64,000 nucleotides of DNA from Antedon mediterranea (taxonomy: Eukaryota; Animalia; Echinodermata), in assembly GCF_964355755.1 (NCBI RefSeq), contig NC_092675.1, forward strand, positions 1,793,812-1,857,811. The letters run 5' to 3'. Positions within the stretch are counted from its first letter, which is position 1. Every line of letters begins with the position of its first letter. The position numbers and the translations under genes were made by a program. Under the pieces are notes generated by a model that ran no database searches, was not told where the DNA came from, and saw only the letters and a program-made list of their open reading frames with translations. This document shows positions 38,201 through 51,150 of the stretch, piece after piece.

Positions 38201-41200
38201 TATGAAAAGTGTTTAACACACACATTTTACAAACAATGAATGTCTTGCACTGATGCACCAAGCATATAAAAAATAAATTCAAGACTACAAAATGCATTAT
38301 TGTTATTAATAAAACTGACAAAACTAAAAGTACTTGAACTTTGGGTAATTTTATTCATTTTTGTTATCAGTGCCAGGCTCTTATTGTGTTGCTAGACTAT
38401 AAAAGAAATTTTCATTTTTTAACCTGTTTGTATAAATGTCTCATTCTTCTGCCATTCCACAGCACAATAGCTAAAGTACAGGTTTTTTTTATATTAATGG
38501 TGACAATTGTTAAACACAAACAATGTGTATACATTGTTTTCGTAAATATGTAATCCCCACTAAATGTTCATAGAAAAATATTAACTTTGCAGCTAACCTT
38601 TGACATTTTACTTAAATGATTTAGTCTACACTATCAAACTTTATGTGAAAAAAGGTGATGTGTATAGACACGATGATGTCATATCACTACCATATTTGGC
38701 CATATCACTACCATATTTGGGTATATCACACTCTTTTTGTCAACTAGTTTGATAGTGTAGACAGAGCTTTAGACAATTGAATATCATTAAAATTCCATTT
38801 TATGTGAATTATTTGAATCAATAATGATAATTAAGGGACATATTACACAAACTTTATACTTGAAAATAATTGAGAACAGGGAGGAGTTTCCATGAGCTTA
38901 ATTTGCTGAAAAAGATTATTAATGAATAATTAATGACATAATCCTATTAATGTATGTCACATTTCAACAAGTAATTGTTTTAGCTGTTATAAAATGTTAA
39001 AAGAGCGAATTTCACAGATGAGTGTTAACGGTAATAAAAAAATAGAATCTATGTTATTCTTTATGACCATTGTACATACACCGCGGAGCGACGGGGTGGT
39101 TTCCGATGAGGATGTATATAGATTCTATGCGAGAGACAAGTTACGTGGTTTTCCGTTTACTGTTACCACTCGTCTGTGTGAATTGGCCTTTAATAATTCA
39201 AGTGTGGAATATGGTACATTGATGAGCTTACCATGAACATACAATAATGCACAGTTTCCAAAAAGGTTATGTCCCAAAGGCTTTCAATTTGTGCAATAAA
39301 TTAAAAATGATAGTTTACACAAAATGTTATGTTAGCAGGATGTTGAACAAACCCAATAATGTGATGTTGACAGAAGAATATTATTAATATGGTGAAATAT
39401 GTATTGAATAAAAATTTGAATTACTTTGTTGTATTATGTAATATTGACATTTCATTTCACAATGTTTACAAGCTGAAGTTGATATGTGATGTGATGTTGA
39501 TATGATGAGAATAATATTGATCAAATTTGACAGTAGAAGTATAATAACAGTTGACAGACAGTGGTCTGTAGCCGAACAAGGCTGTCCCACGCAATGTCAA
39601 TACCGTAGTGGCCAAATTTAGCATAATTATACCTATCTAGCATTATTGCAAGTCATCAATTCATTTAAATTCACATTTTCCTATAGCATTACTGTAATTC
39701 TAGCATTATTTTGTAAAATCTGTATTTTCTCTCAAATCTAGCATTATTTTCTAAATCAATATTTATTGTAACTTCTAGCATTGTATTTTGCTGCAATCCT
39801 GATACCTTCCGCCGTTTTTTTTGCCTTTCTGTTTTAGTAGTGCATTTTCATATGCCAGTACCCTCTAGCACAGGGTTTTGTTGTAAATTGGGCAAGTTTA
39901 CTTCTAGCATAATTGTGTGCTTAATTCGCATGCCATTATTTGTTTTCAATCATCAGCCACCCTGATCAATATCCACTCCAATTTCCATTTGAAATGCACT
40001 TAAAGCTCTGTCTACACTATCAAACTTTATGTGACAAAAATGTGATGTACCCTATATGGACATGATAATGTCATATCACTATCATATTTAGGCATATCAC
40101 TACCATATTTGGGAACATCAAACTTTTTTTTTGTCAAACTAATGTAGACAGTGTTTAAGATGCGAATAGTGCTTACAAATTTGTTTATGTGCGTGTGCTA
40201 CCAAAAAAAAACCACAACCAATTATTACAAGACACATGAAATGATGTACACATATAATGGACAAACACAATGATGCCAACATTTATCACTTTTGATAAAC
40301 ACTTACAGTTTTTACCAAATTTATCAATATTCGGCATGCCTGAAATAGAATTTAACAAATTAGTAGAAGATTTCTTTTTAAAATGTAGCTTATTAAAAAC
40401 AGCTCATCCCATTAAGAATGAACACGGAACTCACCTTCATTTTAAAAGTATCTATGTTAACTATGAAGTTATATGACACCTAAAAAAATTCCTGTAATTT
40501 GATTGGACGATTGTGGGTCACATGGCATGCAATAGTATGCACTATTTAGCTTTATCTGCACTGTATTAAAAGTGGAATCAAATTCAGCTTTTCACATAAA
40601 CCAAAGTATTCAAACATGTTATCTGTAGAAAACTCACGTGGTGCAGGCGTTTCAGTGTCATCATATATATCCTCTTGGATTTCTTCATCTGAATCAGACG
40701 TTGGTTGACTATTTAAATAAAATAAAATTAAATTTCTTATTTCTACAATGCACTATAATTTTAGTTCAATGAATTGTGTATCTGATATTCAAAAATCCTG
40801 TTAAAATATCAAACAGAATTACAGTACAACCACTCTATTGGTACACACAAACCCTTAACCCCTATCTACAGCTCTGTCTACAATATCAAACTTTATGTGA
40901 CAACAAAATATGATGTGCCCATACTGTATATGGACGTGCCCATACTGTATATGGACATGCTGATGTCATATCACTGCCATAAGAGGGCATATCACTGCCA
41001 TAAGAGGGCATATCACTGCCATAGTTGGGCATATCACTACCATATTTAGGCACATTACACCTATTTTGTCAAACTAGTTAAATAGTGAAGACAGAGCTTT
41101 AGGGGACACTTTGATGAGTCCTGTAGATGTACCCTAATATTTCTCATACTGTAACGGTTAAATCTGTACATTGAATTGTCTTACATTAATGAAACTTGTC

Positions 41201-44200
41201 TTGTTGGTTTTGGTTTTATAACTGGCTTTGGTTTGGCTTGAGTGGCTGTGGAGAGAAAAAAGTTTTGATCAAATAAATTAAAATGGTGAAAAAAAAAGTA
41301 TAACATCTCTGCATACAGTCAATAATCAACCTAACCAATGCTATTGGTTAGACAGACTACGACAGCGTAGTTAATGAAAACGAGTCAAATAGATATTCAG
41401 TCATGGATGACAATTATGCCATTAAATATGATAGCATTTGGAGTGGATCTTGTTAATCCAGGTAAATAATGTTAATGAGGTGTTTGTTACACTGTACACA
41501 ATACTGTTCATTTTTGTATCATTAAAATAAATATATACCATATAATTTCTCTTGTTAATTTCAAATGAAAGTGTCCCTCAGTGACGTAATGGCTATGAGC
41601 GCTCAATGGCTAAACCCATGCCATGGAGCTTATGGGGGCCTTGAGCAGTGCCCAGAGAAAAAATATGTCGAAAAAGTTCCAAAACGCTAGGGGCGTGATA
41701 CCTCTGCACTGGTGTCCCTTTAATAAGGGTGTCCTTTAAAGTCATGATTATTCAACATTTATTACATAAAAATGTTAATTTGGTAAAATATCATCAATTT
41801 TTTACATACTGTAAGTGTAGGGGAAGCTGTTGGTGGACGATATTCAGATAAATAGCTAATAGATCAATTTGTCTTCACAAAAACAAGTGCTTTCACAAAT
41901 AAGGAAGTATTAACAAATAATTTCAGAGTGTTACATGCCATACTTGTCTACTGTACGGTCAAACAATGGCACACACTGCTGTTGGAGAATGTTTCATCAA
42001 TCATGTTTACATTACATAACATGATTGCTTTCTAATAGCTAGCTATCATTAGATTTTGTATTACATTATCATCACTGATTCATGTATTATACATTTCTCC
42101 TTCAAATACACATGCTACTTAATTACATGTATTGACAAGATCTAGTTTCTGTTTGGTTTGTTTTTGCTGTGAAGGAAAAATACCATTATAAAATAAATTT
42201 AGTTTCTTTTTAAAAATTGGTACTAAATACTTCTGAGTGGGAGAATATATACAAACATCAACTGGTAGTAAAAACCATGGTAAAACTCCATGGTATACTG
42301 TATGTTATTATTCATAATTACAATGTCATATTAAAAAATGAATTAATTAACATTAAATTCATCATCCCTGGCAAACAGTTTTTTTATGCATTAATAAATA
42401 ATATAAGAAAATCCCGGCAATAAAGCAAAGATTTTTTCCGTCTATTGTATTATTTTAATATACCTATTATTAAACCCACAATTTCCTTCAATTCTATTAC
42501 GCAATGTATCAATTTTCTCTCACCTCCGGTTTGCCGCAAGGGTTTGCCTTATTCATGCTTAAATAAATATGTAAATAAATATACAATTGTTGTTTATTGT
42601 TTGTTGTATTCCTCACAACTTATATATCATATAATTCTGTTTGTATTAGCAAACACGTCACTATGCCTATTTTTACTAAATCAATGTTTTAAAACCGAGA
42701 AGTTTTTTAAGCTATTTGAACTCGCCCAATTTAATTCAGAAAGATTCCGTTTTAAAACAAATATATGCACTGTTGACCGTTCAATATGTACAAAAATAAA
42801 GGTCAACAACAAAAGTATGTCTAGTTTCCTTTTACTGAGCGCTGCTTCCTGATTGGTCACAAATGATTGACCATTCATTGACTGACAATCAGTCAATTGG
42901 AGAAATTATTTCACCACCATGAATGGATAACGTGATTCCACAAGGAATAGACTCATGATGTGCAGTATTATAGGGTCTACTGATGAGTCTTTAGTATGAT
43001 GTTTTTCCAACTTTATTTAAACATATGATTATGATAATATAAAAAAAAAATGTATTATGGATACCAAAATCAATGTCCAAAGGTATTATATATCATGTAC
43101 AGTAACTTTAATCAAAATTTGTAAAGTGGAGAGAGAGTCATTTTTAACATAGTCTCTGAAATATCAAATATGTAAACACTCAAATGAATATTGTGAATGT
43201 GAAAAATTTCTGATAAATTATTTTAAAAACTTACCTTTTGGCAATCGCACAAGTGGAGGCTTGGCTTTTTTTGGAGGGCGAAAACCACATTCTTTTATTG
43301 AAGGCAGCTCCGCCCTTTGAGGTTTTCCTCCGGCAGCTAAAATAAGACTACTTGAATTACTTATATTAGATTCAGTACTTGACGAAGATCCACTCCTGTT
43401 TTTTACAGAACTTTTGCTGGATAAACCTTTATTTTCTTTATCACCACCATCATAATTCAAAGTTTTTTTACTGTTCCGTTTTTTTAAAGCTTGAGAAAAT
43501 TCAGTTTCTTCAGATGGGGTGGTTGAAGTTTTTATAGGTTCCTTAGGTGGCGGTGCTCGTCTTAGTTTCACTTGCGTTATGCTTTGAGCAATGTTTGGTT
43601 GAATACCGAAGTCCTTAGGTCGGATGCTACCAGGTTTTGGTGGTAATTTTGTTGGTTTTGGTGTGGTGGATGGTGGGTCAACTTCGTTCTCATTATGATT
43701 ATTGTTTCTTCCATTTTCTGTAGGTTTTGGATGCAGTTTTGGTTGCGGTTTTGGTTTCGGTGTAACTTCAGGTTTTCTCACACCAATCACCGGTGGATTA
43801 GCATTAAATTGTTTTAATAAATTACTAACTGATGCCGATGGTGTTTCCTATAGAAAATAATAATAAAAATTACTTTATTATCTTTTATAAATTATTGTTT
43901 GAACAAGTCTATAGTTTCAGAAGGAAATAAAAGATCTGTACTTAACTGCTACAGTAAAGAAAAATGTAGGAAATATACATGCATCTTCTTATAAGTAAAA
44001 GCAAAAATTACTGTAAAATAATTTAATAGTACACATTATGTTAAGGTAAAGAGTAACGTAAATATGACCTTTATGATGATTCTTTTGAAAACTATTATAT
44101 ATTAATGGTATTCATCTGACTGGGTTTATGTTCTAGTATTTAACTGTTGTGATGTTCTAACATCAAGGTAATCTAAAAGTCTATATATATTATAATTACA

Positions 44201-47200
44201 ATTAGATAAACATTAAAAATGGGATGAGGGAATGAACATACCAATTGTTTCTAAAAATTGAATTATACGATACAATTTTCGTGTAGGTCTATTATTGAAT
44301 ATTTTAAAAATATACTACTGTACATTGATTCATTGTCTGATGATTTCGTCAACCCCAGCAGTGGATGTGGCTATCATTTTAGGCTCCAGGAAATCACACA
44401 AATCATTGTTCTATAAATGTGTTCGAGAAATTCTAACCTGACGCTATTATAGTACTATTTAGAGTTTATTCTTTATTTAGGAAGGAATACTTTATATATG
44501 ATAAATGTCAGTCAGTGTCTACTTATTAGACTTTTTATTAATTGATTTTCTCCTTTTAAATTCAGGTAGAGTTTTGTTTACATTAATTTCCTTAAAACCA
44601 ATTATAAAACTCAGTACTGCAGCATAATGTAGATGTAAATACAGTAGGTTATTAAATCCAAAAGGCAAATTACTGAAAAATAAATGACAATGCTGAAATG
44701 CAGAAATTAATAAAAACAATAAAGTAAAACCATGGAGGTAAAAAATATACCTCCATGGTAAAACCAGAAAGAGTTAGGCTAGGTACTGTAGGTTAGTGTA
44801 TCATATACATTAAGAAGACACTATCTTATATTCATAAAGTTTCAATGTCATTATTAGTGAGCAGCAGGCATCATCATTTGTAGTTCAGATCATTGTTAAA
44901 ATTCATGGATCATAAGTATTAGTTCCCATGAGGAAGACCAAGGTCAGAGTTCAATCATTGAAATAAAACCAGGAAAAGTCCCACATAAGTACCTGAAGGT
45001 TGCTCAAATAATAGTAATGGGTTGACTTCACGGAAACGTTTCCATAAAGCTAGTGTAAACCAACAATGGAATACTGTGTGTGAATTATTTTGGGAAAAAG
45101 GTTACATAGATATTATATTATATTATTACAATAATATTGTCATGTTTATATTATGTTCATTCATTCAAAGCCTGACAGTTCTATTCAAGTTTGCTCCATC
45201 TTGTTGAATATAACAGAATCTTTCAACTCCATGTCTTTGATAATATTCTCCCCTCTTCAACACACATGCAATGTACTGTACGTATTGTACAGTGAAAAGC
45301 TTTACTAGCCAGGACCAAACACATAAAATAATTGTGAAAAAGTAAAGATGAAAAGATGATTTGAACTTGATCTCTGCATTTTAATATGGAGATTCTCTAT
45401 TAGACCACTGGAGCTTTTACGAGGATTGCTTTGGGTCCCTCAGAACATGAAATGATAAATACAAAAAGTCAAAATCAAAATGTATCGCTATAATAATATA
45501 TTGATCAAATGCCAATAAACATTTAAATTACAAGTGAGTTAAAAATCTGTCATTACATTTTTCTCACACTATACAATTGGTGACAACAGACTCAATCAAT
45601 TAAATAGTGGGGAATTTCCCTTCTGATTTCAAGACTTCAAGTGTTTGGCCTGCTATGACTGGTTAAATATTTTCTTCAGACTGTTATGACATGATCCAAG
45701 AAAGGGGTCATGACCTTATGGCAACAGTAGGCCTATTAGTTATAGTGCTTCTGGCTAACTAAATATTACTAAATTTAAACAGCGTAATTTGTGTAATTTA
45801 ATTGGTTTTTCGTCACCATGTGATAAGAAGAAGTTGTTTTTGCCTAAAGCCAGCATAATTCAAGCATTTAAATTTTATTACGCTCAATATACTTGGTTGT
45901 TTTCCAGGTTTCATGTTTCTTTATAAGATAAAATAAAATGACAAATCAGATGATCAAGTTGTAAGGCCAATTACACAGACGAGCCGTAACGGTAAATGGA
46001 AAATCGCATAGCTTGTCCCACGTAGAATCTGTATCTTTCCTGAGAGGAATTCACCCCTCTGCTCCGCGTTGTGTGTAAATGGTTATAAGGAATAATATCA
46101 TAGATTCTATTTGTTATTCCCGTTACCACTTGTCTGTGTAAATTGACCTGTATTCTAAACCATACAATTCCTTGGTATTGATGCCGATTATTAACATCGC
46201 AACAGGAAATCTAGCCTACCAAAACAGGATCTAATGGATGATAGAAATTTACAATCTATAATGAAAATAAACTGATTGATTGAGAGAACTATCTGAACTA
46301 CCTTTGTCTATCTTATCAGATAACTAAAAGCAGTTTGACAAAAGGTTTTGAAATATGAATTTTCTTATACTAATACTCAAGACTAACCATTTGATGTGAG
46401 TAAAGTTTTAAAACTAATGTACAGTACAAAGCGAATGATATAGTTAAACCTCTATTTAGGGGCCACCCAACTTTCATACTTTCTTTATTTACCTATAACA
46501 AAGGACCACTTTCATGAAATAAACAAGGAAAATGTATGTTTTAAACACTATGGGAAACCTATATTTAGAGGAGGACACCATTTTAAAGGGACACTTTCAT
46601 AGAAAACAAACTAGCATATGTTTCGAACTACGATGAGAAACCTCTATTGAACATGCCATAACATTTAAAAAGCCAGAGTAGATTTGGGGAGAATGAATGA
46701 TACACAAGAGTTTCCTATGAGTTGTTTTTGTAAATAATTAACTCATGTGTAAGAATTTTTATCGGGAAATACAATTAGTAGTGAGATTAGTCATGAAAAA
46801 ATGTGTTTTTTTTTTGTTTTGGAAAAAGGTGAGCTGTTTGTTCTGCGCCAAAAGAACCCTTCGTTTGGGACACACCTATTTAGGGGACAACCCTACTAAA
46901 GGACATACCAAAGAGGACATACCTATATTCAAGGGGACAACCTTATTCAGTGGACACCCCTATTCAGGGGATATTTCAAAGATGACAACTTAGCATGAAA
47001 CGAAAAAGTGACGACCAGTTCCATTTCAGGGGACACCCCTAAAGAGAAATTTTGTTGGGTTGTGAAGGTGTCCCCTAACTGACAATTCAGTTGTTTGGTC
47101 AATAGTAGTACAGTATCAACAGTGTGTACTGTATACAGTAATACTGTACAGTGAGGAAGCCATTCTCTGTATGCCCACAATGAATTAACATGACCTAACT

Positions 47201-47997
47201 TATTCATAGTTTGTAGGTCAATTGTAAAACCAGTGAAGAGCGAAATTTACACTTTTGCTTTGTAAAACAAGGATGAGAATGAGGAAATGGTAGAATACTA
47301 ATAGAGGAAGTTGGAAAAACATTGCTGTGACCTCCAGATCCAAACATGTATTAAATGAAGCAAATGTATTCTTATATCATTATTATACAAATAATGTTAG
47401 TATTTTATAGTTTTAATTTAAATAATGAAATGTTTTGAAATAACTATGAAGCATACTGTATAAGGACATCCTTTTTTGTTTTTTATTTATTGAATCTTTA
47501 AACATTGACTTATTGAATATATCACACAATATAGGGTTAAGGTTACAGTAAAATAAAAATGGAAAAATTATTTCCATAATGTAATATAATTTTTGAAACG
47601 TTAGTGGTGTCTTTGTATATTTAACAAATTCACACAATTAATCTATGGCCTATATGATAAACCAATCACTAAACTCTGATAGATATTTGACACAAACACA
47701 GAAGGTAATGTCATATTCTGGCACTTTTTAATTAACGTGGAGGCATTCCTTCGTTACACCCCTTTTCACACCCCTTTTCAGGGGACACATCTGTTTATGA
47801 GGACACTTTCCCATTATAGAGTCATGTTTTAATACTACATGCCTTTAGGGGAACACTCGTATAACGGAAAACTTTGTTGAGTCCAGAAAGGTGTCACCAT
47901 GACAACTGTACATTGCCATGTTAAATGAATGCCTGGTAATATAAAGAAGGTATAATTAAAAATCTATTTATATATTAATGTTTATACTCACCGACAT
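35268..47997 (-). CDS. FYN-binding protein (FYB/ADAP/PRAM1 family)-like adaptor, 10 coding exons, about 452 aa
   Basis: Exons in minus-strand order: 47992-47997 (MS), 43235-43847, 41185-41245, 40638-40708, 37979-38061, 37649-37716, 36859-37036, 36367-36529, 35827-35913, 35268-35296 (sum 1359 nt, in frame, GT-AG). Pro/Lys-rich N-terminus including LPSIKECGFRPPKKAKPPLVRL; acidic Tyr motifs (YDDT, YDTV, YEAV, YDDV); K/E-rich helix ending RKKFN followed by a helically extended SH3 domain (GEQLELIREDNNPEDRYLVRNKQGVYGYV), resembling the recalled ADAP hSH3 (GEQIEIIRITDNPEGKWLGR..GSYGYI). The first micro-exon and possible extra small exons are less certain. Confidence 0.8.
35517..35826. repeat. 32-33-bp minisatellite, about 9 copies, abutting the splice donor of the last FYB-like intron
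   Basis: GTCACTGATACTAAACCAATGATGACCCTAAAG tandem units run up to the donor at 35825-35826. Confidence 0.93.
37116..37212. repeat. Degenerate hairpin / MITE remnant
   Basis: TGTCCAG..ATGATGCAGGTATCACATGTG aaa CACATGAGATACTGTATCAT..CTGGACA nested inverted arms. Confidence 0.55.
38623..38768. mobile_element. MITE family A
   Basis: GTCTACACTATCAAAC...GTTTGATAGTGTAGACAGAGCT. Confidence 0.82.
39003..39189. mobile_element. MITE family B
   Basis: GACAAGTTACGTGGTTTTCCG...ACTCGTCTGTGTGAATTGGCCT. Confidence 0.75.
40004..40155. mobile_element. MITE family A
   Basis: Left TIR intact after TAA; right TIR partly deleted. Confidence 0.82.
40870..41098. mobile_element. MITE family A with internal expansions, nested in an older TACAGT...ACTGTA element (about 40820-41153)
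   Basis: Both TIRs; internal GGGCATATCACTGCCATA unit expanded to about 4 copies and GTGCCCATACTGTATATGGAC duplicated. Confidence 0.82.
41579..41711 (+). mobile_element. Family H (hAT-like) copy
   Basis: Starts CAGTGACGTAATGGCTATGAGCGCTC; AAATATGTCGAAAA shared with the 1702 copy. Confidence 0.6.
45964..46149. mobile_element. MITE family B
   Basis: AGGCCAATTACACAGACGAG ... TTGTCTGTGTAAATTGACCT. Confidence 0.78.
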
Positions 47998-48839
47998 ATT
48001 GGCAGTCACACAGATACAGATATAACACCTGTACGTATGGATGTTACTGCGATGATAAGTTGTTTTTCCTTCTCATTCAACTAAATCAACATGAATCAAC
48101 ACTGAACATCAACAAGGAAATTGACAATACAAGTGGGCCTAGGTTGCTAAATGATAACGGAAACAAAATCAGGGATAAAACTCATGCTCACACAAACTAC
48201 TGCTGTGTAATAAAAAATGATTCTCTAAATATATAAATTAAATCAATGAGAAATAAAATACAGAACAGAAAACAGTAATAATCTAAACTCGTTTATTTGT
48301 GTAAGTACAAAACAATTGATAGGGAACCAATGGACGTGCTTGTGGGTAGACTTGGTGGTTTACCGTAAACCCCGCGTCTAATCAAAAGGATGGTATGCGG
48401 CACACCACCTCATCTGTCACGTCTGTTTACCAAACTTAAAATATGATTGTGCTAGGCCTACCGATCTAAGTATATAACATGAGACAACAAAATATATTTT
48501 ACCGTGTTGAAAGTAAATTATGGTACCAGATATAATCCACTATTTTTTCTCCTAGCCTGCAATACGGCCACAGGTATAAGGGATTCCCAAGTACATAATG
48601 TAGGTGGATGATCCTGTTTTATTCAGCACACAACACACTCCACCACAACAAAACTTTTATTTACCACTCAAAGTTTCCGGGTTCATTGGCCGGTTAAACT
48701 AAAGAGGGCGGCATTCAATATTTCTAAAAAAAAGAGGTATTTTCAGAGCGTCTTTTCGACGACGATCGAGCATTCTCTACTCCTACGGAGCGCCATTTAT
48801 GCCTTTATTTACTTCCGAAATAGAAATAGTACTACGATA

Positions 48840-49810
48840 ACTGGTTCAGTGGACCAAATTTAGCACCGGTGGAGCACAGTGACTATATAAAATAGAAATA
48901 AGTCACTAATTTTAATATCTTTTCGTATGTTAATACACTGTGCTCAAGTGGACCCAATTTGGAGCCAGTGGAGCACAGTGATATAAATAGAAACAAGTCA
49001 TTGAAAGGTAATATCTTTTCGTATGCTAATACACTGTGCTCAAGTGGACACAATTTGGAGCCAGTGGAGCACAGTGATATAAAATAGAAATAAGTCACTC
49101 ATTTTAATATCGTTTCGTATGTTATTACATTGTGCTCATGTGGACCCAATTTGGAGCCCGGGGAGCATAGTGATATAAAATAGAAATAAGTCACTGAATT
49201 TTAATATCTTTTCGTATGTTAAATACACACTGTGCTCAAGTGGACCCAATTTGGAGCCAGGGGAGCACAGTGATATAAAATAGAAATAAGTCACTGAATT
49301 TTAATATCTTTTCGTATTTTAATACACTTTGCTCAATTGAACCCTATTTGGAGCCAGGGGAGCACAGAGTGATATAAAATAGAAATAAGTCACTGACTTT
49401 TAATATCTTTTCGTATTTTAATACACTGTGCTCAAGTGGACCCAATTTGGTACCAGGGAAGCACATTGATATAAAATCGAAATAAGTCACTGAATGTTAA
49501 TATCTTTTCGTATTTTAATACATTGTGCTCAAGTGGACCCAATTTGGCGTCAGTGGAGCACAGTGATATAAAATAGAAATAAGTCACTGAATTGTAATAT
49601 CTTTTCGTATTTTAATAGGCCTACAATGTACTCAAGTGTACCCAATGGCACCAGGCGAGCACAGTGATATAAAATAGAAATAATTTATGGAATTTTATTA
49701 TCTTTTCGTATGTTAATACACTGTGCTCAAGTGGACCCAACTTGGAGCCAGTGGAGCACAGTGATATAAAATATAAATAATTCACTGAATTTTAATATCT
49801 TTTCGTATTA
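48840..49810. repeat. About 97-bp satellite, 10 copies, each with an internal hairpin
   Basis: GTGGACCC-like cores near 48849, 48948, 49044, 49140, 49240, 49336, 49435, 49533, 49636 and 49731; unit contains inverted arms CACTGTGCTC...GAGCACAGTG. Confidence 0.95.
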
Positions 49811-49914
49811 AGCATATTTGAATACCTCTACCGGTATGGTACCATACTTGTTCGACAATACAGTGTCACATATTTTATTAACAAAAAAAAAAATATTAAA
49901 AAAAAAAAAAATAT

Positions 49915-49970
49915 CCGTCGAACCCCAGCCGATAGCACTCAAAACTGAGCATTACCCGTTACGCCACCAA
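49915..49970 (-). pseudogene. Truncated tRNA-like remnant
   Basis: Reverse complement GGTGGCGTAACGGGTAA...GGGGTTCGAC has A-box-like and B-box-like motifs but no cloverleaf. Confidence 0.4.
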
Positions 49971-50068
49971 GTACATGACTGAAAAGCTGATAATAGTCTA
50001 TTTATACGTGTATTACGTAATTGATCATTACGTCATAAATATCCTATTAACCTTGCTAAAACCAAAAT

Positions 50069-50328
50069 GATCAGTTAGCTCAGTCGTCTCAGCGTCATGT
50101 TAACAACACGTATGTCGTGGGTTCGATTCCCACGCTGGTGGGTGGAATAGAGTTAAGGCTATGCGAGCCACTGTGTTTGGGGTTCACAGATCATACGTCC
50201 CCCTTTCCACCACACATCATGAGGCGACAACATCAATGCATCTGGTGATGTGGTGGAAATGACCCCAAAAGGCTGTGGCAGGGCCTTAGTGCTGAGGTAG
50301 GGAGAGCACATTTACCATCTTTTTTTTT
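50069..50328 (+). mobile_element. tRNA(Ile-like)-derived SINE or Pol III unit with a structured body
   Basis: Head 50069-50140 has TAGCTCAGTCG and a perfect T-arm GTGGG-TTCGATT-CCCAC, with degenerate acceptor and anticodon stems. Body has nested helices and ends in T9 at 50320-50328. Confidence 0.7.
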
Positions 50329-50465
50329 GGCTCTCAACTGCTTTGATAGTTTAAATTTTATGTTTAGCTCCTTCAATTTATTTTAATGTAAAAAAAGGGA
50401 ATTAATTCTCACTTCGTTACGTGTTTGGAAGAGAATTAATTTTATCTCATCGTAGTTTGGTATGC

Positions 50466-50693
50466 CGTGCGTTTGTTATGCAAATTAGTGTGCACATGTG
50501 CTGTGGGAAAGATGGTATTGTTAGTCATTCGCGATCAACACACAACACTGTTCAATTTTTATTTTGTTAATCTTTTACATTATAATTATAATTCTACCGT
50601 TACACATTATAGTGTATTTTTAAATATCCGTTTCATGCAAGATATTGTATTGTAGGCCTACTAATATGTTGTGAATAAAAGTTTATGGTAGAA

Positions 50694-50724
<31 letters not shown>

Positions 50725-51150
50725 TAAGCAGATCTTGAAATTGAAGCATATGAAGTAAAGTTTTTTAAAACCCAACCTAAAATTCGAATCTGGATAGTTG
50801 AAATTTAACATTATAATTATCAAAGGTGATAATTGTAATTGTTTTCTAAATTATAGAAATATTAAAATTAGTAAGTAGGCTTTTGTGTGCTAGCTCTGTT
50901 TGTATTTCATAATTTTGTTTTGCTGAATTAGCGGCCGCGTGCATTGCATGTCTCACACTTGGGAAACAATAAAAAAAATAATAGATGTCATTTTCGGGTA
51001 CCTTGTAGCTCTATTTTAAACAGTTTGGCATGTGCGTGCGTTGTTATGCAAATGAGTCTGTGCAGGTGTATTATGGTAAAGATGGTATGTTAGTCATTCG
51101 CGGTCAACACGCCACACTGTTAAATTTTGATGCTGTTAATTATTTACATT
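50466..51150. repeat. Diverged ~120-bp direct repeat pair (50466-50582 and 51035-51151)
   Basis: CGTGCGTT.GTTATGCAAAT...AAAGATGGTAT.GTTAGTCATTCGCG.TCAACAC...ACACTGTT...TTACATTA in both. Confidence 0.8.

Noticed and set aside
41809-42560. Possible extra FYB-like micro-exons near 41809-41855 and 42524-42557
   Set aside because: Donor-like sites exist, but the phases or acceptors do not fit convincingly; cannot be supported without RNA-seq.
42445-42852. 135-aa plus-strand ORF and other 60-100-aa ORFs in AT-rich introns
   Set aside because: Low-complexity F/I/L/K/Y-rich composition expected from random AT-rich sequence; several derive from MITE copies.
44729-44759. 12-bp stem hairpin ACCATGGAGGTA / TACCTCCATGGT
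   Set aside because: Isolated short inverted repeat with no further context.
50069-50141. Functional tRNA-Val(AAC) or tRNA-Ile gene
   Set aside because: Anticodon, D and acceptor stems have multiple mismatches; only the promoter boxes and T-arm are intact.
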